From the human T2T-CHM13v2.0 reference genome, Homo sapiens, in NCBI RefSeq assembly GCF_009914755.1, contig NC_060933.1: a stretch of DNA of 64,000 bases; one strand, 5' to 3'. The notes beneath the pieces are model-generated. The model was not told where the DNA came from and did not search any database. It saw only the letters and a list, made by a program, of their open reading frames with translations. The position numbers were made by a program, and so were the translations under genes. Of the stretch, positions 11,939 through 25,980 are shown one piece after another (position 1 is the stretch's first letter; each line of letters begins with the position of its first letter).

Positions 11939-12760
11939 CTAACTTGAGTTCCTATGTTCCCTATGCGGGAAAAAAGAAATCGTTAACAGTAAATAATGTT
12001 GTCTTAAATGCTATTATTTTGCTATTTTGTTTGCATTTAATTTCTAAATTTATTTTGGGGCCTAATTAGAAAATATAAGCACTAGGAATTTATGCCTAAT
12101 GTTATGTAATGTGATGATAAAAATAATATTAAATAAACACTGGGGACTTTCTGGCTATTCTTTCCTACAAAAGGACACATATATTGTTGATGTTTAAGAT
12201 ACATGGACTTGCATGAGGAATGATGAGTGTTTAAACTAAGATACTTAGGGAAGTTTTGGGAATACTCCTGTATTATTACTTAGAATATTGGATAGATTCA
12301 TTCATTTATTCTAGCAAATATATCTCTCATTGGCCACCCATAGTTCATCAGCTAATATTTTCAAGAGTGATCTCTTGAAACAGTGATCAAGAGTGATCAC
12401 AAAGTGCATCTTAGCCAGTGTTGCTCCAGATTTGTATTCCTAGGTTGCTTTTGAAACCCCAAGTTATTTTAAGCTCAAGGGAATATTTTTATCATTTTCC
12501 TCTATATCAGTGAAAAACTTACCTACCAGTCACTATCTCCTTTAAGATATTAAAAATACAAAAGGTAGATGGCCTACAACAGCCTTCAGGTAAGTTGAAA
12601 TATTTACCAAGCCTAACACTTTCTCCAATCTTGAATCATCTAGGAAGGTATACAGGTAGGCAAGCACAGAAAATCACAGTTCTTTCTTATTCACTGAGCA
12701 AAAATGAGAATTCTGCTTAGATAAACAAATGCTTGTCTCAAAAATTGATTTAGAAGTGTA

Positions 12761-13998
12761 TGAGGGAACTTCAAATAGTTCATGAAAAATGGAAATAAAA
12801 AATATAAACTTTATTTCTCAACATAAGCTTCATGATAGTCAAGACACATTTTTGAGTGATGATATCAGCCATTTGGTCCATCCTAAAATAACTAAGAGTT
12901 TAACCATTTTAATGACATTTTGAATGTTATTATCTGAAAAATGTCTAGTGCCCTCTGTAGATTTTTTAAGATTAAGAAACCAAAGGAGGCAGAAATAGCC
13001 AAATTAGGACTGTAAGGTAGCTGTCTAATGACTTCCCATAAAAACTCTCACAAAATCGCCCTTAATTAATGAGAGGACTGACCAGGAGAATTGTCCTGGT
13101 GGAGTCTTTGGTGAAGCCTTCCCAGGCATTTTTCTACTAAATCTTTGGCTAACTTTCTCAAAACACTCTCATAATAAGCAGATGTTATCATTCTTTGGCC
13201 TTCCATAAAGTCAACAACCAGAATGCCTTGAGCATGCCAATAACTAGTATCATGACCTTTGCTCTTGACTGGTACACTTTTGCTTTGACTAGACCATGCC
13301 ATCTCTTAGTAGTCATTGCTTTGATCATGTTTTGTCTTCAGGATCATACTGGTAAAGCCATATTATATCTCCTATTATGATTATTTGAAGAGATGCTTCA
13401 GGATCTTGATCCCACTTGAAATCTCCATTGAGAGCTCCACTCTTGTCTGCTGATTTTGGAGCAATGGTTTTGGCACCATAGAGTAGAAAGGTTGCTCAAC
13501 TTTAATTTTTCAGTCAGAATTGTATAAGCTGAACCCGTTGAGATGTCTTTGGTGTTGGCTATCACTAATCATTCATCCTCTTCAATTAGGGCATGAACAA
13601 GATAAATTTTTCCTTGCAAGTTTATGTGGATGATGTGCTGCTGCAAGCTTCATCTTCAACTTCGTTTCACCCTTTCTGAAATTGAGTTATTGTAAACTGC
13701 TGATTTCTCTAGGGCATTGTCCCTAAAAAGCATCAGTGATTTCATCATTCTTCTACCCAAGCTTCACCAAAATTTGATGTTTGTTCTTGTGTCAATTTTA
13801 GCAGAATTCATGTTGTTTTGATAGGGGCTCTTTTCAAACTGATGTCTTATCTTTCTTGGTGCCTTAAACTAAGTTCTGTTCAGACATGTGACAACAAATT
13901 CATACTAGTTTTTTTTTTTGGTGCAAAAAAAAGTTGTGAATTCCATGCATAATTTTTTCAGGATATGCATTTTCAATGAAATTTTTAAAGGCCTCTCA
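12761..13998 (-). mobile_element. full-length HSMAR2 mariner, transposase pseudogene
   Basis: Degenerate TIRs (TA|TGAGGGAACTTCAAATAGTTCATGAAAAATG and CATTTTCAATGAAATTTTTAAAGGCCTCTCA); start ATGAATTCTGCTAAAATTG on minus; peptide AQGILVVDFMEGQRMITSAYYESVLRKLAK...HQDN. Confidence 0.92.
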
Positions 13999-14379
13999 TG
14001 TGCTAATATTGAACTTATGTCATGGTTATATTAAAAATGTATTGCCAAATAGAATATTAAATTATTCGGGTACAAATTATTTGCTTTTTCATTTTACTAA
14101 ATAATGTGTGCTTTGATAAGCATTTCTAATTGTAAGAAAGGAAAAAAGAAGAGAGTGAGGAATTAATAAAAAGAAAAAAGGTAGACAAAAAGGAAAGGAA
14201 ACAGGAGAAAGAAGGAAGAGGAGGAGGGAGAAGAGAGAGAATGCCACATATCAGGAAGGGGGGACATTCTTAAAGCTAGACATAAACATGGTATAAAACT
14301 GTAATAATATAAAATCCCCATCTTCATTTCTGAACTGGCAGAAGAAAGATAAGGGCAGTGATGTGCTTCAAGTTATCGA

Positions 14380-14600
14380 CTTGAGACATTTTTTTGGAGC
14401 TCTTAGTCAAACTTATCCCAGTTACTTCATTTGTTACTTGCTCTTGACATCTCTGTTTTCAGTTTTTTAATGATAAAAATTGGACATTAAAAAAAATCGA
14501 ACTCACAGGAAGCTGAGAGGATTAAGAGAGTTAATGTACCTAAAACAACTCAAACAACACCTGCCCTAGATGTGGTGAGTACTAAATTTGTGCTTATCAT
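14380..14600 (+). mobile_element. MIR
   Basis: TCAGTTTTTTAATGATAAAAATTGG...GAGGATTAAGAGAGTTAATGTACCTAAAAC. Confidence 0.55.
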
Positions 14601-14869
14601 TACCATTATATGATTCATTGAGCACCCACTGTGAACAAGTACACCATCCCGGTGACTGAGCTCAGTTTACTAGAAAACTGGCAATCAATGCTGCTACCCT
14701 CCAGGGACAAGACACACTGCTTTGGAACCAACAGTGTGATGAAACATTTTATAGGGTAGCTCCAGTTGAACTAATTATCACCCACACCCATCTGTGCCAT
14801 TTGGTTCCCTGCCAAAATTGTATGTGTTCTGGTGCAAATATGGGCATATTTGTTCATAGATTTGCTCTC

Positions 14870-14990
14870 ACGTGGTTGTTCCCAGGGGCTTATCTGAAGA
14901 GTAACAGCATCAGAATCTCCTGGGAAACTTCTGAAAAATATAAATTCCTAGGTTCCATCCCCAATGAATATAGATCTTGAGTCTTTGAAG
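14870..14990. mobile_element. MER5A-like hAT-Charlie fragment
   Basis: CAGCATCAGAATCTCCTGGGAAACTTCTGAAAAATATAAATTCCTAGGTTCCATCCCC. Confidence 0.6.
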
Positions 14991-15204
14991 ATTGCACAAA
15001 AATGCTATCTGTATGTATATAGCTCATCCTTAGACACAGAGAATGCAGCATAATGGAGAACATTCCAATCTACTTGCTGAAGAATACGCAAAACAGACTT
15101 GAGCATTATTCAGTTAGAAAAGAAAAGACTCTGTATCATTGTATGATTCGCAGGGCACTGCCTGACCCAAGTATCAAGTGATAGCAACTGTTTGTAAAAG
15201 CTCT

Positions 15205-15425
15205 CCAGCCAGACAGACTGGGTTGACATTTGCCCCTCCACTCAGCAGCTGTGTGGTACTGGGCAAGTTACGTAAGCTCTCTATGCCTCTGACTCCTCAT
15301 ATGTAAGACAGTTATTATAATCACAGGTTATCTCATTGGTTGTTGAAACAATTAAGGGGAAAAATGTAAAATACTTGAAACATTATCTGGCATGCAGGAT
15401 ATAACCAATAAATGTTGGTTATTCT
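15205..15425 (+). mobile_element. MIR
   Basis: AGCTGTGTGGTACTGGGCAAGTTACGTAAGCTCTCTATGCCTC...CAATAAATGTTGGTTATT. Confidence 0.8.
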
Positions 15426-16539
15426 TGTTAATATCAGGTATTATATAGTCTAAATCCACAACATATAATGAATGAATGCTTGAGTATTAAGGTATCCCAT
15501 TCTATTCTACTTACTTTCTCAGTAATTCATTAAATTAGAAGTCCTTTTTTGCAGCTGTTCCTTAAAGTAAGTTTTTCAAAAAAGTTAATGGAAAATAACA
15601 TTTCAGTAGATCAGGAAGAAATCTTTTTGATGCCATAAATATTCTTTATAAATTGGTACGTTTTAGTATCACATAAGACATAATTATTTAGTAAATACCG
15701 AGCATTTATTACAGGTGATTTCAAAAAGTACAAAGAAAAGCACAAGAGAAATATATCTACAGGGGTGAAGACAGAAGCAAAAATCAGAGGAAAGTAAAAA
15801 ATTAATCAGTAAGTGACTCTTTAGCATTAATTCCATTTTGCCCATGTAGATTTGTATTAAAAACAAAAAAAGAGAGTAAATAAATTCATCTGTTTGCTAA
15901 AAGTATATACACATAAAGTCCTATTCATGCATGCCTAGTAGTTCCAAAAAATTCACAGATACCCATTGCTAATACAGAAAATTCATAAGTTAGTCGCTGC
16001 CTAAGTTAACTAAAGTGAATCAGAAATCTGGAGTTACTTCTATGAGATTATATTTATTCTGTATGAAATATTCTTCCCAAATGCCCTCTACACTTCAGGC
16101 TCATAAATTATTAATGAGTGTTATGGTTGTTAGAGGACAATGTATGGAAATTTACCCAGATTCCAAAATCCTAAACAAAAACAAATGATTAAAAATGAAA
16201 GGCAGAGAAGAAAGAAAACAATTATATTGGTTTGGTGAGAGTTGAAACATTTATTCTACTCCATCAGCACTGATTTTAAAGATCTGAATGACAACAAAAT
16301 GATGAATAATTCAGATTTCATTTATTAGTCCACTGACCCTACACATGGCTTCACAAAAATGAAAACAATGTTTTTCTCCTGCTTCATCCTCCATAGAATG
16401 GATATGTGTATGTAGCTGGGTGGAATTTTTTTGATGTCATATGCTCCCGTATATTGTATACACATATATTTGCATATCATATATTTAGAAGAAATGTTGA
16501 GATAAAAATATTTTTAAAACATGTATAAAGGAGAACATT

Positions 16540-16572
16540 TTGCCCCCTACTGGCCAATGACTTTGGTCTGCA
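16540..16572 (-). promoter_or_regulatory. candidate CTCF site (core plus possible upstream module)
   Basis: Minus strand TGCAGACCAAAGTCATTGGCCAGTAGGGGGCAA fits the CCASYAGRKGGCR core. Confidence 0.6.
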
Positions 16573-18427
16573 TAAAACAATGCTGATGATCATGCAACGA
16601 CTGCTTACCTGGCAACTAGAAACCAGACACTGTAGCAATACGGTTCTATGTCCTCAGTCTGGGATTGACATACACACAAAAAGAATTGTCACGGATGCAT
16701 CTGCAGGGCTATATTCTAGAAGATTATGAGTTTTTTCCCATGGCCTCCCATCTCCACTATAAGAACATAAAGCTACCACACTAAATCTTCTAGCTTAGGA
16801 TTTACAATAGTTGGTGATGCTATTAAACAGGACAAAGATTCCAGGAAAATGAACATATTTCTCGAGGGTAAGATAAATTAAATAAGGTCATTCTTCGAGC
16901 AGGTTGAATGTGACAAATCTTTGGGTTATCAATGAGAGTCTACTAGGAAATTGGAAAAATTTGCTGGTATGATTTGGGCAGGGAGGGAATTATTAACAGT
17001 TTATGTTGTTCTTGTCATTCATTTGAAAGTCACTTATCTCCGATAATATTAGGTAATCTATTATTACCTTTGTTTGTAGGTACTATCTCACCATCTTCTT
17101 AACTCCACTTAGTCAAAGTTCAATAAATGTTTTCCAACAAATTATATAACAGAGTATTCAAATTAAAGTTTTTGCTTGTGATCCTGTGAAAATTGATACT
17201 AAATGTCAAAGGAATTTGCAATATCGTCTTACTCTGTAAGACTTTCAAAAATAGGTATATGAAAAATATCTATAAGACTCTTGGTATAAGAGACCTCTCA
17301 CCTTCATTATAGGTATAAAAGGGCCAGGAGTGAAAATTTATGAAGAATTATGCGTGATACTTCTTTTGTTTGTTTTTTTTGGAGATGGTGGAACTCTGGG
17401 CTCCATTAGCCCCCACTGGATGAGGTTTGGGGGGTGGTACTGCCTTAAAACTTAGGGAGAGAGCTTAATATATGCCTTCTACAGTTTTTGGATACTAATG
17501 AACTATTAATTAGGAGGCTGGCCTAAGATCTTGTGATGGTAAATTAGACTAGAGAGCTGTGGCTTATAAATAACTGCACTCTCAGAATTTGTTAAAACCA
17601 AGGATCTGCAAATATTTTCTGAGGTTCAGACATGGCCTATATCGATAGCAGAGAGAAAGCTGGTGGTGGGCTTGCCATACCCTACCAATAGGGCACGTAA
17701 AGGGTGAAAACACACATCAACAGCAAAATGTTTAAGGCATTCCAGATTCCCAGAAACTGAGAAAGGAGTAAGAAAGAAGCTGAAGATGACTTTGCCATCC
17801 TCAAAAGTACACCCCAAGTGAGAGTTCTCACAAGATAAAAGTGTATGCCTATGGGATATGCCTAATTCAGAAAGTGTCAAAACTAGATGGCCAGAACTCT
17901 ACCAGATAACAAAGTTCCAACTCTCTCTAGCTCATCACCTTCCCAGCTTCCACGCCAAAGAAGTCATCATTTTTTTATTCACAAGACAAGAAAGAATAAG
18001 TAGAATGGTGAGCTAAAGGAAACATATCTGGCATCTTTCCCTAGCAGCAGTCTTCCTATTTACAATAGGCTTACACTAGGAGAAAAAAAAGAGAACACGG
18101 TGGAGAAAACTGTAATTAGAGAATTGGGATTTTATTCTGCAACTTAAGGTTACTCTACACCTTTATATTATAATTCCTGGAAGTGAATAGACAAGTCTTG
18201 CTGCCTGCCCAAATTTTCATTCAGGGTCATGGGCAAAAGTAGCCCCACTAAGCAGAGGTAAGGAGACTAGAAGAGACCAAAGAAATTGCTTTAAGATTGT
18301 GTCCTATGAGTTGTGCTTGTGCAATATTCCAGTTACAATGATAACCTCCTAACATGGTCGGAAGTCAGAGGATGCTTGAGTGATCCAGCCTGTGGTCCGC
18401 TCACTCCTATCTTCTGCACTATCTGTC

Positions 18428-18921
18428 TGTTGGGATTCAATCAGGCTGGTGGGAAAAACATTAGAGATAATTATAGAAATAAACACAAAGCTTCTTGGAA
18501 GGCCAAGAAGTTTTGATAACTTCTGTAATAGATCTGCAGGTCCCATTACCTTTAGTTAAGGGAATATAGAGTAGTTTATCTAGCTAGCTTGTTCACTCAT
18601 GTGGTCTTAAGATTAACCTTTGATGTACCACGGGTGCTTAAGTGCCTTTTACTTGGGAAGTCCACAATGTCAATTACTCTCCAATGGTGTTGACTCAAGC
18701 TTTTGTTAGTTAAACTTACTGAATAAATGCAAATCTCCCTAGCTCATGGAGGCCAACTGCAGTGACAAACTTCTCTTGGTGTGTAGGTGGTCAGACACTC
18801 AGCAGGACTGGCAAAACAGAACATCTGTGTGTCAGTGTACGTTTTATTCATCCATCGTTTGGGTCAGGGTCTGCGGGCAGACGCCCGCAGCTAATGCCCT
18901 CTTGTGAGGAGCAATACCTCA
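18428..18921 (+). mobile_element. LTR22-like solo LTR (HERV-K HML-5)
   Basis: Starts TGTTGGGATTCAATCAGGCTGGTGGGAAAAA; AATAAA near 18722; ends GGGTCAGGGTCTGCGGGCAGAC...TACCTCA. Confidence 0.7.
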
Positions 18922-21900
18922 TCTATGTTAATTACACAACCTTTGCCCACACACGTCAAAGATGATACAAGATGAGTATTTTGTGAGTGTGTCTGTTCCA
19001 CTGTTATCAGTTCTAATTTTGAAAAATTAAAAAATGCTTTAGTGAATGTAAGTATACCTCCCTAAACTTTCCATCATGTTGCCCTAATTCTGCCTTTTCT
19101 AGTTACACAGAATAAATTAAGTGTCTCTTTCCTATGATAGCTCCTAGGGTTCTCGAAAAGAACCATTATTATAGACTTGTTTTCTCAGCCTACTCTTCTC
19201 CACACCAAACAACTCCAGTTTCTACTGCTCCTGGGAGTTCTTTTCACCACTTCCTGAGACAAGGTGTCTGCATGTTAGGAAGCATTCCACCTCTCCTTAA
19301 GATTTATGAGCAACACGTGTTCTTCAACTATGAACTATAATGGACATCTTCATAATTAGATATTGGTGTACTTTCCAAATATAAGCTTTTTGATAAAGTG
19401 GTGAATTTTTGAAGTTAGTAGTCAGATATTTGACTTAATTCTGAGAGCTAGCTGCTATTCTCCCATTTCTCAGTTGCCCGTGTGGAGGGGCTTCCTAGAG
19501 TAGTGCTCCTTGCCTCTTGCCTATCCCTTGCTTATGCATCCTCAAAGGATGTGAGCTACCAAGTTCATGAGTAACCACCATTGCTCCACTGTTTATAGCA
19601 ATAACCTTCTTAAACATTTTGAGCAATTGGGATTAACTCTCTCCGCTCTCTTCTTGATACCAAGAAGAGACAATAATTTCAATAGACCGTAATTTTATCT
19701 AGGGTAACCTGTCCCAAGAAGCAATCAGCAATGGGAGAGAGGGCAGGAGAAGAGTAGGCAGGAAGAAATGGGAGCCAGGAAATAGCATTTCATAGTCATT
19801 TTTAAGCTATATTCTCCAAACAGTGTTACCCTCATTAACTAGGATATTTTTATTATTGTCACAATTAGTGGTGAAGAAAAAAATGAATGCAATTTATGCC
19901 CTCAAATTTGAATACCTGGTTCTCTGATTAGGTACCCAGGAAAAAGAAAAAGACAATGAGTTGTGTTTGAAGAGCACTTACAGACTTTGACTTCAATAAA
20001 CTTGGTTACATGGAACTTTGACATTGACTGTCACAGCTAATTATGGCTAGAATCTGTAAGCGGAGCGTATTTTTAATAGGGTGGGGTGTTTGGATAATTC
20101 AAGTTATGAAGGCATCAGTGTGTGGTCTCCAGCAACTGATTTGGAAAAATAGAGGTGTGGCTTGTATCTAAGCAGGCACAGCTGAGGCAAAGTTTTAATT
20201 AGAGAGAAAAGAAAGTTTTTATGTAGACAGGCTTTTTAAGCATTGGGAAAGAATAATTTTTATTCCTTTTTTGTTTCTCTGTGTGATTTGCAAACAAGGA
20301 AGTCAGGACTGCAAAGGCAGTTGAGACCTACCTTTACTATAGAGCACTAAGACTCTAGTTTCAAACTGTTAGTTGCAGACTGAGATGTAAAGTACCATAT
20401 CAGCTGTCCCAAAGTCCCTCTTGCTGAGACAAAGGAGAATAAGATATGGGCAAGAGTGAATTTTAGACTTTAATTTATTTGGTCTTTTAATGCAAAAATT
20501 CAATAAAATTTGATTTGGGACTTTGAAGACTTGGTCTGCAATTTCTAAGGGCTTAAACTTGTAACATACTCTGTGAACTTTAATATCTCTTTGGAAAATT
20601 CATAATAAGAATGAATTTATATAACAATTATGAGTACCTCTAAATTGTAGGCCTTAAATAATTGGTATAACTTAATGCTGTCATAAATTCATTACGTAAA
20701 ACCTATGTTGAGCTATTGTGGACTACATGTCTGGAAATTTTGCAACGATAATCAAAGAGGGAGTGAACTTTCAGCCCTGAATATAGTGAGGCATTGATAA
20801 GATTTAATCAATATGTTGTTCTAACCTATTTCTGAGATTTCTGGAGACAAAATGTGCACCAATAAGCAACAGTTCAAAGACAATTCAGAGGGGGACAATT
20901 GTTAGAGACACTTCACTCAAATAGAAGCCGGACTTGCCCAGGCTTAATATTTCAGATAACTGGATTAAGACAACCAAAAGCAAAAGAAATTCGTGGAAAA
21001 TGACTCAGGGAAGAAACATTTAACCCCCATTTCTTCAGTCTCCATGTGGAGTCACCTTGCTGAAGCAATATATTTGAATACTTTCCAACTTCCTTCTTGT
21101 CCTTTTATACCAGAGGAGTACGATACCTCGTTGGTGAAAGATGGCCATTGGTCAACCTTTCTCAGTTCCTAGGATCTGATCTACTAAAAAGCAAAAACAT
21201 CAATAATTTGGTCTCTTTTATTTCCTCTCTGCCTGTGGCCAAAGAAAAAGTGACACTGGATAAATCCATCTACTCTGCAGAACCAAAACGTCCTTCAGGT
21301 GGGCTATTTGTATAGCTAGACTGGGAGAAGAAAAGGAGAGAGGATTCGTAACATAATCTGATCCTTATATCTGAGCCACATTCTTCAAAATAAACAAACA
21401 AAAATTAAGAAAATGTGTCAGCAGACATACAGTAAAAGAAATAATAAAGGAAATTCTTCGGGCAGAAGATAAATGACCTCCAGAGAAAAACATGGAAATT
21501 TAGGAATAAATAACAAATATTAGAAATGTAAACTGCATGGGATACAATAAATTTAAAATGTATAATCAAAATACATAACAACACAAATGGTGGGCAATAA
21601 GTGGTAGATGAAGTTAAAGTGTGTCAAGGTCCTAGCATTATCAAGGAAGTGGTCAAAGCAATCATTTTCATTTGACTACAATAAACAAAGATACAATGTG
21701 TAATTGCCAGATTAACCAGCAAAGCAACAGGAGAAAAACAAAACAAGACCAAGAGTTTCTAATAATTTACAGAGGAAAATAGACTGATAAAAAATACCAA
21801 ATAAAGAAGACAAGAAAGAACAAAAAAAAAGGCAACATAAAACAGGTGACCTAAATAGAGACAAATATCATAATGTTAGGAAAAATAAACATGCCTAGAA

Positions 21901-22666
21901 GTAGATAAAATACTCAGGCAAAAAATCTCATTGTTAGACAGGATGTAAAAACAAAACTCATTACATTATGCTTCTAAGAAAACTACCTGAAATATACAGA
22001 TGTCAAGAAGTTAAAAATGAAAAGATAAAAAAGAATATACCATGGAAACATTAACCAATAGGCTTCTAAAGCTATAGCTCAAATAGATTTAAGACAATAA
22101 ATGAGGTGGAGGGAGACATTTCTCAATGATAAAGAGATACGGTAGACCAGGAAGATATTATAATCCTAAATATATGTGTATCAAACAATATATTTTAAAT
22201 TACATATTAAGCTAAATTTCATAGAACTACAAAGAATACACAAATTTTAATAAAATTATCTCAATCACTGATAGAATGAGTTGCCAAAAATCAGTAAGAA
22301 AATGGAAAAACACAACATCAAAAATACAACAATATAATTGATAAACACAACCTATAGAACTTTCACCCAACAATAATACCCATTTTTCTTCAGGTGCAAT
22401 ATTTACTAAAATTGATCCTACTCTGTGTCATAAAGCAAATCCCAGAAAATGTCAAAGGATTAAAATAATTCAGGGTTTGTTTTCTAAACACAGTTGAAGA
22501 AACCTAAAAACAAATAACTGGAAAGTAACTAGAAATTCCCAAAAGCCATTCACTGAATCCTAGGCCAAGTAAAAAAGACAACAGAAATTAGAAAATCTTT
22601 TGAACTGAGTCATAATGAAAACATGAACACATGAAAGCCAGTTGGATGCATCTAAAGAATGATTGG

Positions 22667-22973
<307 letters not shown>

Positions 22974-23053
22974 AAAGAATGATTGGATGAATTTCTTTAG
23001 CCTTAAATGAATACATTAGAAAGTGAAGAACAAGTAAAAGTTAATTAAGCCTC

Positions 23054-25482
23054 TGATATCTCCAAGCCTCCAAATCTCATGTTGAATTGTAATCCTAGTG
23101 TTGTAGGTGGGGTCTGGAAGGAGGTGGTTAGAGTATGGGGGCAGATTTCCCCCCTGGTGCTGTTCTTGTGATAGCTAGTGAGTTCTCATGAGATCTGGTA
23201 GTTTAAAAGCATATGATGTCTTCCCCTTTCTTCTCTTTTCCTCCTGCTCCAGCTATATGAAATGCCTTCTTCAGCTTTGCCTTACACCATGATTGGAAGT
23301 TTCCTAAGACTTCCCCAGAAGCAGAAGCTGACATGCTTCCTGTACAGGCTGAAGAACCATGAGCCGATTAAACCTCTTTTCTTTATAAATTACCCAGTCA
23401 CAGGTATGTCTTTATAGCAGTGTAACAATAGACTAATACAGGAAATTGGTACTGAGGAGTGAGGCATTGTTATACAAATACCTGAAAATGTAGAAGCAGC
23501 TTTGGGATTGGGTAACAGGCAGAAGCTACAAGTGTGTGGAGGGCACAAAAGAAGACAGGAAGATGAGGGACAATTTGGAACTTCCTAGGGACTTGTTAAA
23601 TTGTTGTGACCAAAATGCTGATAGTGATATGAAAAGGGATGGACAGGCTGATGAAGTCTCAGATGGAGATGAGAAAATTATTAAGAAGTAGAGCAAAGGC
23701 CACCTTTGTTATGCTTTAGCAAAGAGCCTGGCTGCATTATGCCCCTGCTCTAGGGATCCGCAGAACTTTGAACTTGAGAGTGATGATTTAGGATATCTGG
23801 TAGAAGAAATTTCTAAATAGCAAAGTGTTCAAAATTTTGCCTGGCTGCTTTCAACAGCCTATAATCCTATGTGTGAGCAAAGAAATGACATGAAATTGGA
23901 ACTCATATTTTAAAAAGAAGCAAAGTGTATAAGTTTGGCAAATTCGCAGCCTGGTCATGGAGTAGAAAAGAAAAGCCCATTTTCAGGGGAGGAATTCATA
24001 TGGGCTGCAGAAATGTGCATAGGTAAAAGGAAGACAAGTACTGATAGCCAAATCAATGGGAGAGAGCTTTGAAGGCATTTTAGAGATCTTCATGGCAGCT
24101 CCTCCCATCATAGGCCCAGGGGTCTAGGAGGGAAGAATGGTTTCCTGGGCCAGGTCCAGGGCTCCACTGTTCTGCATAGTCTTGGGACACTGCTGCTTGC
24201 ATCTTGGCTGCTCAAACTCCAGCCATGGCCCAAAGGGGCCCAGGTACACCTTAGGCCTGTACCTGCTTCAGAGGGTGCAAGCCATAAGTCTTGGCACTTT
24301 TTACATGGTATTAAGCCAGTGGGTGCACAGAGTTCAAGAGTTGAGGTATGGGAGCTTCCACATAGATTTCAGAGGATGTATGGAAAAGCCTGGATGTACA
24401 GGCAGAAGCCAGATTCAGGGATGGAGCCCTCAGAAAGAACCTCTTCTAGAGTAGTCTGGAGGGAAAATGTGGGGTTGGAGCCCCCACACAGAGTCCCTAC
24501 CGGGGCACTACCTGGAGGAGCTGTTAAAGAGGGCCACCATACTCCAGAACCCAAAATGGTAGATCTACCGGCAGCTTGTACTCTGTGCCTGGAAAAGCCG
24601 CAGGCACTCAACCCAGCCTGTGAGAGCAGCCATGGGGCCTGAACCCTGGAAAGCCATGGGGGCAGAATGGCCCAAGGGTTTGGGAGCCCATCCCTTGCAT
24701 CAGTATGTCCTGGATGTGAGAGATGGAGTCAAAAGAGATTATTTTGGATCTTTAAGATTTAATTACTGTCCTGCTATGTTTTGGGCCCACGTGTGGCCTG
24801 CGGCTGCTTTCTTTTGGATGATTTCTCCCATTTTGGATGGAAATATTTACCCAATGCCTGTACCTCCATTGTATGTGGAAAGTAACTGACTTGTTTTTTT
24901 TACTTTATATGCTCATAGATGAAAGGGACTAGCCTTGTCTCAGATGAGACATTAAACTTTGGACTTTTGAGTTAATGCAAGAATGAGTTATGATTTTGGG
25001 GTAACTATTGGGAAGTCATGATTGCATTTTGAAATGTAAGAAGGACATGAGATCTAGGAGAGGCCAGGGGTGGAGTGATTTGGTTTGGCTGTGTGTCCCT
25101 GCGAAAATCTCATGTTGAATTGTAATCAATTCAACCAACACCAGTGTTGGAGGTGGGCCTGGTGGGAGGTGATCGTATAATGGTGGCAGATTTCCCCATT
25201 GGTGCTGTTTTCATGTAGTGAGTTCTTGCAAGATCTGGTTGTTTAAAAGTGCGCTGCACCTCCCCCTTCCTTCTCTCTTCCTACTTTTTTGGGCATGTGA
25301 AATGTCTTCTCCTGCTTTAAATTCCACCAGGATTGTAAGTTCCCTGAGACCTTCCCAGAAGCAGAAGTGACGATGCTTCCTGTGTAGCCTATGGAGCTAT
25401 GAGCCAATTAAACCTCTTTTTTTTTTATAAATCACGTAGTCTCTGGTATTTCTTTATAGCAGTGCAAGAACGAACTAATATA
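23054..25482 (+). mobile_element. complete MSTA MaLR (LTR 23054-23440, internal region, LTR 25076-25482)
   Basis: Two homologous LTRs ending ACTAATAYA; internal region begins GGAAATTGGTAC and ends AGGCCAGGGGTGGA. Confidence 0.92.
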
Positions 25483-25943
25483 AATTCCATATTGAGTAAC
25501 TAGAAAAAGACATCTGAACAAATCCAAATAAAGTAGAACAAATAAAATAAGAAACAGTAAGAAATCATGAAGTAGTAAATGAAATAAAGAAAAATCACCA
25601 AAGCCAAAAGTTGTATTTTTTAAAAGATTGGTAAAGTTAATGAACAATGTAGACAGCTGATTAAGAAAAAAAAGAAATAAAACATTAATGTCTAATATCA
25701 GGAATGAAAACTTAACCTCACTACAGAAGCTAGAGAAATTTAAAAGATAGTAAGTGGGTATTTTTTTTAAAAATCTATATCAACAAATTTGACAGTAAAG
25801 GTGAAATAAATTTGTTGGTAAACTGATAAAAGAGCAAATAGAAAATCTAAATAATCCTATCATAAAGAGTCTGAATATTAATAAAAACTTTTCCAAAAAG
25901 AAAAAATTACCAGTCCAGATTGCTTTTATGTTGAATTTATATA

Positions 25944-25947
<4 letters not shown>

Positions 25948-25978
<31 letters not shown>
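25948..25978. repeat. (TG)n microsatellite
   Basis: Read directly. Confidence 0.95.

Positions 25979-25980
<2 letters not shown>

Noticed and set aside
17380-18330. Possible ancient LTR-like sequence
   Set aside because: Could not assign termini or family by eye.
24137-24889. Overlapping 80-107 aa ORFs
   Set aside because: Decayed MSTA internal sequence; the homologous peptide recurs in the THE1 internal region at 54451-54735.
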